Below are positions 36,401 to 49,372 of a stretch of DNA of 64,000 nt, piece by piece. The DNA is from Tubiluchus corallicola (Eukaryota > Animalia > Priapulida): positions 149,747 to 213,746 of the forward strand of contig JAQGDQ010000396.1 in the NCBI GenBank assembly GCA_030141605.1, in the 5' to 3' direction. The notes beneath the pieces are model-generated. The model was not told the DNA's origin. It ran no database searches and saw nothing but the letters and a program-made list of their open reading frames with translations. Positions within the stretch are counted from its first letter, which is position 1, and the number at the start of each line of letters is the position of its first letter. Both the position numbers and the translations under genes were made by a program.

Positions 36401-38698
36401 ACAAATGTATTCTCAGAAGGTAGAAAGCAAATAACTATTTTTAATATTGTTAATTATTGTGACACGATAGATTTTGCAGAACTTAAGGAAAGTCTTGCTG
36501 CAAATGTTACAGATTCGACCTGTCCATTTGCAATGAAAAGAAACGTAATCATAAATTGCAATTGCTAGTGGTTCACTGGTATAACTAAAGACAATGATAG
36601 CTGTGATAATATGCATACAACCCATCTCGGTTTTCAAACCATATTGGTGACAGGTTTCATTTCTGGTATAAAGTTAGCTTTAGTATAATGCTATTTTTTT
36701 AAAAACTGCGGCACAGTGAACATCAGAATCCAGCACTAAACAACAGGACTTTTTCAATATTGATGTTTTTTGACTAAACAAAATTTTGCTCTTTATTAAA
36801 GCGATGCTTCTTCGGTGAGAAGTTGAATCTGTAGAGGTGTCTCACCCATGATTGATTGGAATACATCCTCCTTAAAAGAGGTAGAGAGACAGAGTCAGTG
36901 TTACAAAAGAATCTCCCAGACTGAGTATTGAACCCAGTTGATTACCAATCACTGAGCAGCCTCGTCGTTGCTTAACTTTGTCTGAGAACCATATACCATG
37001 ACCGTTCTGTTATCACGCATGCCTAAAACTTGCTTCATTGTGTAAAAACTATTACTTTAGTAAATGACTGAACATGATTTTTATCATTAATGCCATTCAG
37101 TTAAATATTACGTTTACATATTTATAAATATTCTATTTGCAGATTGAAAGTGTTGGTGTGCAGGGACACTGCTTTGACACACAAAGTGCTGCTCTAGGGG
37201 GAAACATTGGAATTAGTCGCTGTCATGGCTATGGAGGCAATCAGGTAAAGATTTGTTTTCTAACACATTTCTTTTCCATTTTTGGTTTGGTACGCAAGCA
37301 TTATAGTGACTTAAAAGCTTAAGTGAAATTAGAGTGGTTTACATATAATGGAGAATAGTTGTCAAAATATGTTAAATTTGTGATATTTATAATTCATGCT
37401 GTCTTTGCTGAATGCTAAATAGACAGTTGCTAGGCAAATCAATACTAATTATAGATTAATAGATAAGATGTGTATGAATTAGCAGTATAATTTGTGCCAC
37501 TCATCTGTTTCATGGGCTTCTTGCTGCATCTGTGCATTCTGTGAAATTAAGGCATTTCAGAGAATGCGTATGAATTTATGAATAAGCTTGATGAAATGAA
37601 ACTGGAACCCATGCCTCTTTGCATTATACCTGAGCTAATAAATTAATGTCAAACTTTATAAAGGCATTTGTGTAAGAAGAAGTGTGAGAGAATTTGAGAA
37701 TATAGGTTCGCAGTCAGTGAGTGGATTTTGTCTTTGCGGAGTTGAGTTTCTTATTTTTTGGGTTTGCTGTGATTACCCTGGTTAGTTTTTACTTTATCGG
37801 GATAACTTAAATGAATATTGGCATTCTGAAGCAATAAGATAAAAACTGAATTCCATTTTTTTACAGCGTTACAGGCTTAATGTCGAGGGGCAGTTAACAA
37901 CCGGTGAACGGTGTATACACGCCCGCAGGTCGGAGCTCAAGTATGAAGTGTGCCCTGATGGTAAAGTCTCGGATTCTTGGAAATATCTAGATGTAAGTGG
38001 GCTTGTCTTAGTTATTTAGTTTTTAAATAAGTTTTTAAATATATAGAACTTCAGTAAAGCATACGTTTTATGTTCCTATGCAGTTTATATTAGGAGGCTT
38101 TACTTAATCTTTCTCGGACATCAACCAGGTTTTAAAGTGGCTTGAAAGACATGCTTTATGTGCCTCTTTTATGGCCATATGTGTGTATTTTATACAGCCT
38201 TTTATAATACCTAAAATCAGTAGGACAAATGAAATTGCCCAGAACTGACATTAAGCCACATGGTCATCCAGTGACCCCATCCATTTCGTGACCATATTCG
38301 ACATTGCACAACTTCCATCGATAAGCAAACCCTTGCCTTACTGTGAGAAGAGAAAAGAGAATTACTTTCCAGTTTATTTCGGATTTTATTAATACAACAA
38401 AATATGCAAAGACATCTTCTTGTCCTGCTTTTGACATTAATTTTGTGCCATTAAATGTAATAAGTAATAATTACTTACTTTGAGTGACAAATAGCTTCTT
38501 TAACTAATAGCTGAAAGCTAGAAATATCACTTTAAATTTTTGGTAATTATGTGTATTTTTTATATTTTGCTTTTTATTCAGGATACACAACAACTATCCC
38601 ACTCCAGTCTTCAAAAGTGCGCACAAGCCGATGGGTCTAAGCTCATCATGGCAAACTGTGATCTCAACAATGCCATGCAAAGGTGGTTCTTCAGTTAG
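27415..38698 (+). CDS. GALNT7: Polypeptide N-acetylgalactosaminyltransferase 7 (glycopeptide-preferring GalNAc-T), 12 coding exons, 582 aa
   Basis: Exons: 27415-27585, 29565-29696, 29905-29996, 30436-30602, 32478-32682, 33205-33381, 33518-33635, 34186-34305, 36029-36250, 37143-37244, 37867-37992, 38582-38698. They sum to 1749 nt in frame. T7-subfamily signatures include [74 protein letters not shown] and VGHVYR. The ricin lectin is complete, ending QRWFFS*. Confidence 0.93.
28680..29168 (+). mobile_element. Fragment of a large DNA-transposon ORF (probably Academ-like) in intron 1 of GALNT7
   Basis: VFAELVSDI...[20 protein letters not shown]...[16 protein letters not shown]...GDKVLL.....IG resembles the N-terminal AELV / PVF / Y..RL..LG / HSTRLK..LL block of invertebrate transposon-encoded XPG/CXC proteins as I recall it. 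No termini were recognised. Confidence 0.5.
30784..31640. mobile_element. hAT-type MITE in intron 4 of GALNT7
   Basis: TIRs TAGGGATATCA / TGACATCCCTA. The 8-bp flanks ATCTAGTT and GTCTAGTT match at 7/8 positions (TSD). Subterminal GATTCG/CGAATC repeats are present. Confidence 0.8.
34325..35599 (+). mobile_element. Deleted pogo/Tigger-like DNA transposon in intron 8 of GALNT7
   Basis: TA-flanked TIRs share CTTAATAGACTCAC. A decayed transposase N-terminus starts at 34865 ([17 protein letters not shown]...[14 protein letters not shown]...[14 protein letters not shown]), matching the psq and CENP-B HTH pattern. Confidence 0.8.
36840..37000 (-). mobile_element. SINE relic with 5S-like core
   Basis: The minus strand reads AAGTTAAGCAACGACGAGGCTGCTCAGTGATTGG, similar to the 5S rRNA internal promoter region. 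It shares ACCTCTTTTA...GGAGGAT with 50860-50900. Confidence 0.45.
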
Positions 38699-40962
38699 GT
38701 GGTCTTTGTAGGACATACCATTCTCAGCTGATCTGGTAGTTCTAGGACCTAGTGAAATGATGAAGCTATTGACTTGTTGCTTAGTGACAGCCACCATGGC
38801 TATGTGAAGGTTTCAGTTTGTTTGTCTTGATAGTTATCATTGCTCAGGAACAAATTTTTTATTTTGGGTCATTGATTTTATGGGGGTGGGTGAATTGGTA
38901 TAAAAATTGACATGCTTATTTTTATGAGCGTAAAAGGCTGTATAATTTCTTGATTGGCAAAGTTTAACATTAGCATGCATTAGGCTTCATATATGTGATT
39001 TTACATTAATGAGGCTTTTTACTACTATAATAGACTCCACAAAGTCCAAACCTCGTGTTAAATAAGGTATTTCTTGACCTTCATTTAGTAGACAAATGTT
39101 TGTTTATTTGTTAGTCAAACTTTCAGGCCTAGTAAAATAGTTCACCTTTTTACAACCAACGTGAAGAAGACTAAAAAATTGTGTACTATACTTATTTCCT
39201 GTTATTTTAATACTCATTTAGGAGATCTCATTACATTGTAACCAGAGGACGTTTTTGCCATTTTGAGTAACTAAAATTAAATTTTCTACCAAAAAGGTGA
39301 AAGTAGCTTTTGTACTTCGTTTCATTCTCATATTAGTAAATGATGCTGATATAAAGGCACAAGCTGTTGAAAGTGAATGCAAAACTTCATTAAATGTTCT
39401 TGAGTAAATTAAGCAATCACTTTCAGTATGTAGGGGTAGCATTACTAACTAACAACAATAGTTGGTCTTCATTTACAAGCAAAATAAGCTTTCATCTCTA
39501 AATTCACCAAATGTGAATTAACTTTGGTGCTGTGGTTAAAATGTGATGAAGCTATAACAACAGCATCAAGGGACATAAGTCAATTTTCTGCAAAATATTT
39601 TTTGGCAAAAACTTTCTGGCTTAGTGTAGAAAATGTGGCTTATGTGTGCATTTTGTTTCTGTGAATTCAGAACATGCAAAGAAAGGAGCAACTTATGCAG
39701 TCTGAATACAGCAGATGAAATATAATTATTTTTGGGTGATTTTTTCTGTCATTCTGCATGTATGCAAGCAGCTTGTTTCAAGTTGTTTGTGCTTAAGCAG
39801 AAAATATCCACATCACCATTTACATATTCGTTGGTTTAATACTTTATCTAAGAAACAATTTCAGCAGTCTTGTGTGGTACAATCCGAATTGCATGTCACG
39901 GCATTGGGCTTTCATAAGTATGTACTATTTGTTTGTCCTTTGTTTTAGCCTGTGTATTTTAATATATTCTGAAATTTGGTGTAAATAATAATATGAAATG
40001 CGATTTTATCATTTTTTTATTTAAATTGGTAAATTTTGTTAATAGGACCTGTCCTTCTAATGAAGCAGAAGAATACTTATATGTCTATTTTATAGTTCAT
40101 TTTAATAGGTAATTACTTGTTCATATGTACTTGTTTTGACAGAGGTTCAGCAAATGAGTCTAACTTTTGCTCGAAGTGTAGCTGTATGTGTAATGCACGA
40201 GTACAACCTGTATTATTGCTTTAGGAAAGAAAAGCACAAGTGTTAGTATTTTTGTAAGGGGTCCGGGCTCTCTTACATAATGTAGTCCAATGTATATAAC
40301 ATTTAATGTGTAGTTTTGTATATAGGGAACAACGGGAGCACTTATGTTACATGGCCTTGTACATTACTTAACCTTTTTTAATATTGTGAATGCATGTTGA
40401 TGATTTGTTAGTTTTATGTCAGCTTTCTTGAATTTGAGTATTCCAGTGGCAAATACTCTTTATAATTTCGTTTCCATGTTTTCACTTGGTTATTAACTTT
40501 TCGGTAGTTTCAATAGCTTTTCATTGCTTAATCTAGTAGTTTTGTGTGTTCCTACATACATGTATTAGTATGTCCATTACTATTAGCGGTCATATTATAG
40601 ACCGTTGTTTAGCCGAAATGATGTGCCGATGATCGGAAAACCGATATACCAGGAACCGATATCACTGTTTTACTAGTAAGGTGCAATTTTTTATTTTTCT
40701 GAAAAACTGATACACCTTTGACTTCTACCTGTATGAAAATCTTATTCACGCCTCAGTTGTGTTGATTTATAATGTCAAATGATTTTCAAGAACACATTTC
40801 TTTGACTTAGTTAAAATCCAAAGTAACGAAAATATATTTTCAGTTAAAGTAATGTATTGAATTGCGGTTTTTAATGTAAGCACCACTTTCCACATCTTTT
40901 TACTTTGTTTACATATACAAAAAAAATTATTTCACTACTAAAATAATTACACATTTTATCTT

Positions 40963-41091
40963 AATAAAATGTTGTAACAATGTATACATTTGCACTGTAT
41001 GATGTACGGGTCTCCCAGCTGACATCTGTATGTAAATCACAAGTGCAATTACATGTATAATGTTTTAAAATTGTGATGTGGATTGAATAAA
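40963..41091 (+). terminator. Candidate polyadenylation signals for a long GALNT7 3' UTR
   Basis: AATAAA at 40963-40968 and 41086-41091, after ~2.3 kb of U-rich sequence. Confidence 0.3.
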
Positions 41092-41438
41092 AAAAGTAAA
41101 AAACGTGTCACGAGTAGCACATGGGTGTACTACCTCGACGAAGGTCATGCGGCAGAGAAAGCCTTGACTTTGAGTTCAGGATCGCTTGGGTTTGATCAAT
41201 CTACGTTTTCCAAATGGGGACAGGAGATTTTCCGCTTCACGACTTTCTAATTAATAGGCGCCAAAAGCTTTTATCATGCAGGAATTTGATCGATACCAAC
41301 TTATTTAGATAAACTCGGTTTTCGACGTCACTTGTCTGAACTATGAATGTTTCGCAGTAAAAAACTAAAGAATCGGCTTACAAAATAGATCTGATCTACT
41401 TGGACGAGATTATCGAATCAACTGTAAGTGACTTTCGT

Positions 41439-41680
41439 GCTCAGAGTTAAAAGAAGTCGCGATCGGTTTATGTCTATAGATAACATTTCATGAGTAGTGG
41501 CGCTTTATATTGGCACCATTTTTGGTTCAAATGCTCAAAGAGTTAAAAGAAGTCCCGATAAGTCGTAACACCACTTTTGGTTCAAATGCTCAAAGAGTTA
41601 AAAGAAGTCGCGATCGGTCTGCGTTTATAGATAGCATTTCGTGGGTAGTGGCACTTTGTATTGGCACCACTTTTGGTTCA
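41439..41680. repeat. Three-unit imperfect tandem repeat
   Basis: AGAGTTAAAAGAAGTC(G/C)CGAT and CACCA(C/T)TTTTGGTTCAA each occur three times. The middle unit is internally shortened. Confidence 0.85.
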
Positions 41681-43029
41681 AGTGTCAACTATCAAGTTTA
41701 TAAAACAAACGGGTTTGTTTGGCCCTTGATGTCAAACCAATTGATATCAGTGTATCGGTTCACGAAAATCGGCTTTGGATCAGTTCGGTAAAAATCGATT
41801 TTTGAATCGGTTCGGTAAAAAGGTTATCGTCGCATCGTTACTGCGTATGGTATACGAAATTTTTACATGAGTCAAGTACTTAAACGCATAAATTAAATTA
41901 ATTCTACTTGTACATTATAAAACAGCGTGGGTTTTGATGAATCGCTGTTTTATTTTGGAGAAATTATTAAGGTTCTTGCAGCTAACATATAAGAGTGAAG
42001 TGCATCATATTAGATACGGATCATATGGATCATAGTTACGTAAAGCCTACATTCCATGTTACCTACGTCTACGTTTCATAAATCTAATAATTGAAATGTA
42101 CTTAGTTGAACATTGTGGCGTAAGATGATAATATATTGTAAATTTATAACTGTATTACACAAGTATTTTATATTACATCAACTCTATCTTTCTTGGCATC
42201 CGTTTGTGGCAAATTTTATTAAAATATACATTATTACCGTGCTTCGTTTTCATGTTTTATTACGCAGTGATTGGCTGAATTTTAGACTTTGTTAAGATAT
42301 ATTTCTTATTTTTTGGTGCCAAAAATACATACAATACAAGAAAAAACAAGAAATTTGACAAAATGCAAGTTCGTTTAGGTTGAAAAGCGAGCGATACCAT
42401 TCTTGTTGATTTTTGGTGTGATTCGTTCTGGAATTGAATTAATTTAAACTTTTATTTCAGAATTTCTACCATATAAAACAGTAGTTACAACGTACAAAAT
42501 AAAAGATATAGTACTACGCAAAAATAAATAACCCCCGAACATTTTATTCACAATTGCATTCTATAGAAAAAGGTATGCGTTTTTGTATTCTGTAGTGAAC
42601 GTACGCTTCCAGGAGCAAGCACGATATCACCCAGTCAGAGATCAAACCACGTGCTATAGTTTGTTTTTCTAAAAGGACAATTCAACGTGTCGCATGTTGG
42701 GTCCTCAAAGTTTGGTACGACGAGGGTCAAGTGGCGACTCTAATTCTTAATGCCTTAAGGGAACTTAAGGCTTGACAAATTGAAACTTGTTGAATTGTTA
42801 ATTGTCAGGAATTTGGTTGCAGAAATAGGTGTCTTAGACTCTTAGCCTAGTCAAAATTCTGGTTCGCCCATAACTTTCCCAAGTTGATGTGTCTGTTAAT
42901 TGAAAAGCCCATACGTATGATATGTCTGTAATACCTACTTTCATTTTTAATGTCGGAAGAAGTTCAAATTTTCCACACAAAATCTAAATTTTTCGCATTG
43001 ATACAATTGCATAAAAATATGCAGTATGT

Positions 43030-43735
43030 GTAAGAAAACAGCTTGGCGGTTTGCAAATGAGGCAAACTGAAAAGGCAACTGAAAAGGAGAGGGAGAGGGT
43101 GGGAGAAAGAGCGGAAGAAGAGAGTGATTTTTAGATAAAAATGGGAGAAGGGTAAACAGAAAAAGAGCTTGCTAGATAGGTCGTGCAGGTTGACAGTTGA
43201 TAAATAAAGGAGGCAACTGAGGAGAGGGAGAGGATGAGAGAAAGAGTGGAAGGAAAAAAGAGTTGTTGAGAGAATTAGTGAATTTGAATGACAGGTTGAC
43301 ATTTTGCAAATAGACAAGACAACTGAGAAGGCAAGGAGAGAGTGAGAGAAAGAAGGGAAGGAAGAGAGAGCGAAAGAGAAAATGTGAGAAGAAAGGGTGA
43401 ACAGAAAAAGAGCTTGATAGGCAGGTTGATAGTTTGCAAAACGAGAAAGCACTTGAGGCGGAGAGGGAGGGGGTGAGATAAAAAGTGGAAAGTAGAGAGA
43501 GAGAGTGAGAGAGACAAAAATGAGAGAAAGGGCGAACAGAAAAAGAGCTTGTGTGGACAGGTTGACAGTTTGCAAATAAAGAAGGCAACGGAGAAGACGT
43601 AAGCAGAGAAGAAGAGAAAGAGAGGAAGGAAGAAAGGGTGATTTTTAGACCAAAAATTAGAGAAAGAGTGAACAGAAAAGGAGCTTGGTAGACAGATAGA
43701 TATGTAAACAGGTTAACAATGTGTAAATAAAGAAA
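43030..43735. repeat. Purine-rich degenerate minisatellite (~5 units), followed by (GT)/(GCGT)n at 43736-43782
   Basis: Recurring AACAGAAAAAGAGCTTG...CAGGTTGACAGTTTGCAAATA...GGCAACTGAG blocks separated by GA-rich tracts. Confidence 0.85.
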
Positions 43736-44109
43736 GTGTGTGTGTGTGTGTGCGCGTGCGTGCGTGCGTGCGTGCGTGTGTGTATCTCTCTTCCTCTTTC
43801 AAATAGTCAATGTATAATTATTGTGCGTATTCGTTATTATGACTTGCTTACGCATGCCATATTCAAAGTAAAGCTTATAATAATAAAGAATATTGCTTTG
43901 CAAACTGCCTACGTGGCCGCCAGATTCTTTTTGGGACCATTAATCATTAGGCCTATGTGATGTTGCAGAATCCCAGAGTCGAAAAAAAGTTGGTTGGGAT
44001 GGTTGGTTCCGCAATTTTTGCGGCAATAATGACATTATGCATTGTTGTTCAATGTTTACATATCGGTGTACGTTATAACTCGGGTTGTAAGCTTAGTATT
44101 TAGTGGTTT

Positions 44110-44405
44110 CTTGCGCAACGGTGAGTCGCCAGCTTCCCAAGCTTCTCGCGAATGTTCTCACGTGATTCATGACGCAACGTGGTTAGTCATCAGAGCATGC
44201 GCATTTGGGTCAAAACAAACAGCGTCGCGTCAGCCTTAGCAGCTGCTTCTGCAAACTTGTGCAATCGAGAGAGTCACGAGTAGATTCTGGAAAGTTGTTT
44301 ACAATAGTGATTTCAGCCGGAATTGTGAATTTTCGTGATTTTTTAGGATCCGCTGTGGATATTGTATGTGTAAGCGACTTGAGATTCCACTGAGTAATCG
44401 TAAGT
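44110..44405 (+). promoter_or_regulatory. Candidate promoter and non-coding first exon of a downstream gene
   Basis: CpG-rich cluster with TCTCGCGA, CACGTG and TGACGCAA motifs at 44145-44178, and a donor-like C|GTAAGT at 44400. Confidence 0.35.
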
Positions 44406-47400
44406 AATTGTACTCATTTCTAGCCTACATAAATTGTATACATACAACAGATTCGTTTATTTATTAAATCTACTAGCATTTTTCATAATTATTACTGTCT
44501 GTGTGGGAATCTACTTCATTAAGCTAAAATTACTTGTAATGTACCAATCATTGGGTTATTGTAGATTTGCTAAGTTTGGTATACGTATACCTACGTATAC
44601 GTGCTTAGACTTTAGAAGCAAATTAACATCGTTTGAAGTAAAACAGCAGAGGTTTTGAGGTGAAATGATTACACGTGCTATATTTAAAAAAAGCATGACA
44701 GCGTATTACTAATTGCCCTTTAGAGAGTATATGCAAATGTGCCCTTGCCACTTTTATTTGCACTCGTAGCTAAGAACAATACAATTTCTCATAGCGTCTT
44801 GCAAATAGAGAAATACGTTGTGTGTGCGTGTGATGCATTTATTAGAAGAACCGCTTCAAGGTTGTTAGAACATTTACCGTGTTTTTTCACGTAAGAAAGC
44901 ATCGATTAGGGTTCGTAACATTTCATGTTGGTGTGCTTACAGATTACTACATTAAACATTGCTCAAGGGAGTATTTAAGCTGCTGTTTGTTCGAAGCAGC
45001 TGTAAGGCCCAATTTATATGATGTTGTCATAAAAAGCCAACAAGTTTACAAAACGTTCGTGAAAATATCGTCAGAAGGTGATAACAAAATTAGTGTAGTA
45101 CAAGGTTGACCAATTGTTTCTCAGTCTGTCGGTTCTTCGATCCAATATTTTTTTTGTTTTCTTGTTTCAGTGTTACCACGGTTTAACTTGCACGGGATAC
45201 TTTCAATCTGTGGCAGTGACACTCTTTCCCCACCGTTTCATGATTTTATGACTTGCTAGACTAGATCAACATATTTGTATATTGCTTCGGTTACAGTTAA
45301 CCTAGTTAGGTTATGGTTATTTACAGAACGTTCTTAATCAGCCATGAAAAACATATAACCACTTTGTTTCCAGCAGTCGACTTGAAAAATTTGTGAGGAA
45401 GCTATCGGCTTGGTAAATAATTAAATTTTTTACTGCATCAGTGCGTGAAGCGATAATTGGTTGTCAGTAGTCCTACTGCTTGTGACATTCTCACTCCAGT
45501 CTGTCTCTGCTGTTTAAGTGTAAACTAGAATACACCTAACCAGAAAACTTTAATTTTAAAGTGCATGCTGTATGCCCAGCCATACCTAAAACTATGAAGT
45601 TTTCTGCACTGCAGTGTTTATTTGATCCATCAGCCTCTTGTTATAAACTTACCTGTTTTTGTTGAGTTGTGCAAACATGTTAAACGGCTTTTGCTTCGTT
45701 TCACGTCCTCGGTTTGCTTAATCCGGTGGTGTTATAATTTTATTACCCGTATCGCACAGTACTTTTATCAAATATTGGTGTAATCTTGTTTGTATTATCT
45801 GCTGATGGCTTTTATGTTGAGATAAAGACATTGCTGTGATGAGCGATGAGCTGTAAGTCGAGAGGCTGATGTGTGTGTGTAAGGGAAGGGGTCCGCCACG
45901 AAATTAATGTAGATTAATAGAGTGTCCTGTATTTTAGAGATGGATTGCGATTTAGGGTTCTTTTACTGTAATGTGCCGTTATCGTAGTACAGTATAAGTC
46001 TTTCACAAAGATGTTTACTATGCGTACATACTGTCGAGAACAAAACTAAATTCTGCACAGTGCTTTCGACACAATGCCGAGAACAAGATTAAAGTCTGGT
46101 ATCATGATGAAAACTTGAATTTAGTTTGTTTTCTGCTCAGATAAGAAGGGAGAGACGTTGTAACAAATTAAATGTACCTAAAAGGTTGTTCACGAAAAGG
46201 TTTATTATTAATATCTGTTGTCCAATTTGAAGCGAATAAACAATAAATTAAAACATCATGATGTACTTATTTGCAATTCAACTCAGCAGAACATGCAATT
46301 CATAACAATATCATGTGAAATAAAACAAAGTAAAGTAAAGATATTAATAGACATCACAGCAATAACAGTTTACAATTTCAATATATAATTTTGGGAAAAC
46401 TTATATTCCCTATAACGAGGACAAACTATACCCCATTTCATAAAGTGCACTAATTTGTGGGAAAAAACTATATTCCCTGTAGCATTTAGGGAGAAACCTG
46501 TACTGTCTCTACTTTGCGGCAGATCAGTTTTTTCCCAATCTCTTAATTTTTGCCTCAGACTTTATATCAGGCCTTATTCATTCAACGCATTAAATAGTTA
46601 ATGAGGCGCTAAGGCAAGTTTTCTATTTACATGCTTGCACGATAGAACTGCGAAGTAATTATGTGTACATACTTTCTTAGGTACTTCCTACAGTTATTTA
46701 CATAAGGCAAATAGTAATTTGCTACTTCGGAAATGTATTTCCGACACATACTACGTTTTGTACTAGCCGGAAAACGGTTCGGTCGATGTCTGTCATTAAT
46801 ATTTATTAAAAAGCGATGAATTGAGTTAATTAAATCATTATTTGTGGTAAAGCATTTCCTTGTTAAACTATTATTAGTGGATTGTTTGTAGATTCAGCAG
46901 ATGAGCATGTCACAAAAGTGACTTGTCTTTGTTGTGTAAATATTTAGACGTAGTGATAGCTTAGTGTTTTATATTTTTACAATTGCCATGCTTTTTTACA
47001 ACGTACAAAATGACAATGTCCATATTGTGATTGTGACATATCGCCGGGGAGGGGGAGATTGCGGAAATAAAGTTTCTTAGCTTATTTGCGGCTAGTAACT
47101 TGGGCCTAGGCTAGGCCTACAAGTTCGTTGTTCAAAATTTGTCAACATTTATTGTAGACGTCGAATTGAACACGCTTATTTCGCTTTTTTAGAATCACGA
47201 TAATTATAGCCCAGATATAAAAACTGTTATCTATTTTCAACTTGGGTGGGATTGTATAATCATTACAATTACGTGGGCTTTCAGTTGCATGCTGTATGCT
47301 AGCTGATAATTATTGATGACTCAGCGTCGAAATATTTTTGGTTCTGGCTGTAAAATGCCCCTGCTGGCTGGCCATAGAGCGTTTGCGTGGCTGGATTCAA

Positions 47401-48011
47401 CAAACGGTGCTGCTGTGTGGATAAATTTAGAGCTATTAGGATTTATACTATTAAAGTGATATTGACATTATTCTAACCGGTTACGTGGTTGCTGCTGATG
47501 ACAGGGTATAGCGCTAATAATAAACTAGACAGCGAATTTATTGACTAGAAACCCTGTATGAATATCTGCAGGCGATATCGCATGACTGCCCGGATGAATC
47601 AGAAAGGTTTGGTCTACGGTGTCTGTCTGCCTATGCAAATCCATGACAGGCCTGGGTTGGCTCAGCGTTGATAGTAACAACAACGGCAGTTTGCATATTT
47701 CACTAATTCTAATTTCTAATTGAGGCAGATTTATACTAACTACAGTAACAACATCGCAATCCTAATAACTCTAGTGTGCAGACAGTTTTTGATATTTTGT
47801 AGTAGTTTTCTTCCCGTTAATGCAATTAATTAAGCACGAAAACCTTGCCGACTTTGTGCAGCACTTTAGTCGTACTTTGGCTTTACGTGAATATTTGGGA
47901 TAACAATTTTTGGGCGCCCTCTTAACAAGGTCACTGTCTGCATTCCTCTATTGTACGCATTTGACACATAGTCACACAATTGCAATGGTATGTGTCACAC
48001 AAGAGCAAACT

Positions 48012-49125
48012 AATTGACGTCTAACATAATGTCAATCATTTTCGTTGACTGAAGTTATTTTGTACCCCTGCAGAGTTTAATTAACGCAGGTACGTTCGGG
48101 ACATTTAGCTACAGCTGCGTCTAATGCTGTTATGAAAAATGCTCAACTTTTCATTAGTTTGCGGGAGAAATATTGGCCTGGTTCTAGATTTTATTATTGT
48201 CAATTGAAATTGCAAATGAATTAGTGGAAAATATATATAGTCTAGTTTCGCTTATAAGAAGAAATGCACAACGCTTACGTCTATGAGTTGCTTATATTAT
48301 ACCGTTTTGTAATCAAGAAAATACGCAGTTTAGTTTAGCTTATGGCTTTGCAAGTTACATAAAAACAACTATTTGATTAACATTAAATAAGGACAAAACA
48401 AACTGTTTTCTTTTCTGGCCAGTTTTTATAGACCTCATTTTCACAGTCAAAATTAATTCAAATGTGATCAAAACTTATATTATACATCGATGTAATATTA
48501 GCTAATTCTATGCTATTTTTCTGGTTATAATCATGGTTAAAAGATGCGTGACTCGGGCATTCAATACAAAGGTCGTCTATGGAATGGAACAGTCAAATTT
48601 ATTCCATTTCCGTGACCTTACAAACGGAGAAATACGAAAACTGAATGAATCTTGCAGACGAGCACACGATCACTTAATATAGAAAAACACATCGCAGGCT
48701 TGATGTTCGTATGTTTAAAGGCAAGAGAAACTTAATATTTTTGTTGCTAATTTATTGTAAAGCAAAGCTAACTGGCTTAATTTTTTATTATGCTTATGTC
48801 TTTGTATTTTGTAGTGCTTTGAAACTTCGTCTCTACATTCTGTGTAAATTGAAAAGTCATTTTTTGGCTACTTTAAAAAGTGTTAATTTCGTGTAAAAAT
48901 AGCTGCTGTTCTGCAAATCTGTTTATGAAAAAGCGCAATTAGTTTGTCTGCTGATTAGACATCAGTTGTGACTGTCATGTTGTTTATTATCAGTTTAGTT
49001 TAGCTTAGACAGTTGTTGTCCTGCGCGAGCTGTAGTATGCTATATGTAGTATATCTCGAATGCTGCTGAGCGTGCTTACGTTACAGTGGAGGCGGAGCGA
49101 TAGACCAATATGTTTGACCTCAATT
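48012..49125. mobile_element. Non-autonomous DNA element (MITE), copy 2
   Basis: Ends AATTGACGTCTAACA / TGTTTGACCTCAATT. Long collinear similarity to 8238-9130, e.g. GTAGTGCTTTGAAACTTCGT...GGAGGCGGAGCGATAGACCA. Confidence 0.75.
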
Positions 49126-49129
49126 TTTT

Positions 49130-49372
49130 CCATATTTTCCTAGTACCAAAACTTCCTTGTACCAATATTTCTTAGTACGAAACAATTCTGGTACCATATT
49201 TTCCTCGTATCAGATATTCCCTGCACCACATTTTCTTAGTACCTAAAAATGATAGTACCAAATTTGCCTGTACCATGTACCAAAAATTCCTAGTACCAAA
49301 TTTTTCCGGCACCAAAATTTCCATGTACTAAAATTACCTGTACCAGACTTACTTGTACCAAACTTTCCCACA
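49130..49372. repeat. Degenerate ~16-18-bp tandem array (GTACCAAATTTTCC-like), probably a transposon subterminal repeat
   Basis: More than ten GTACC/GCACC-anchored units seen directly. Confidence 0.8.

Noticed and set aside
41439-41680. CRISPR-like array
   Set aside because: Only three units, the spacers of units 1 and 3 are homologous, the context is eukaryotic and there are no cas genes.
42964-43588. 203-aa, 138-aa and 80-aa hydrophobic Leu/Ser/Phe ORFs on the minus strand
   Set aside because: By-product of a pyrimidine-rich minisatellite strand that lacks stop codons.
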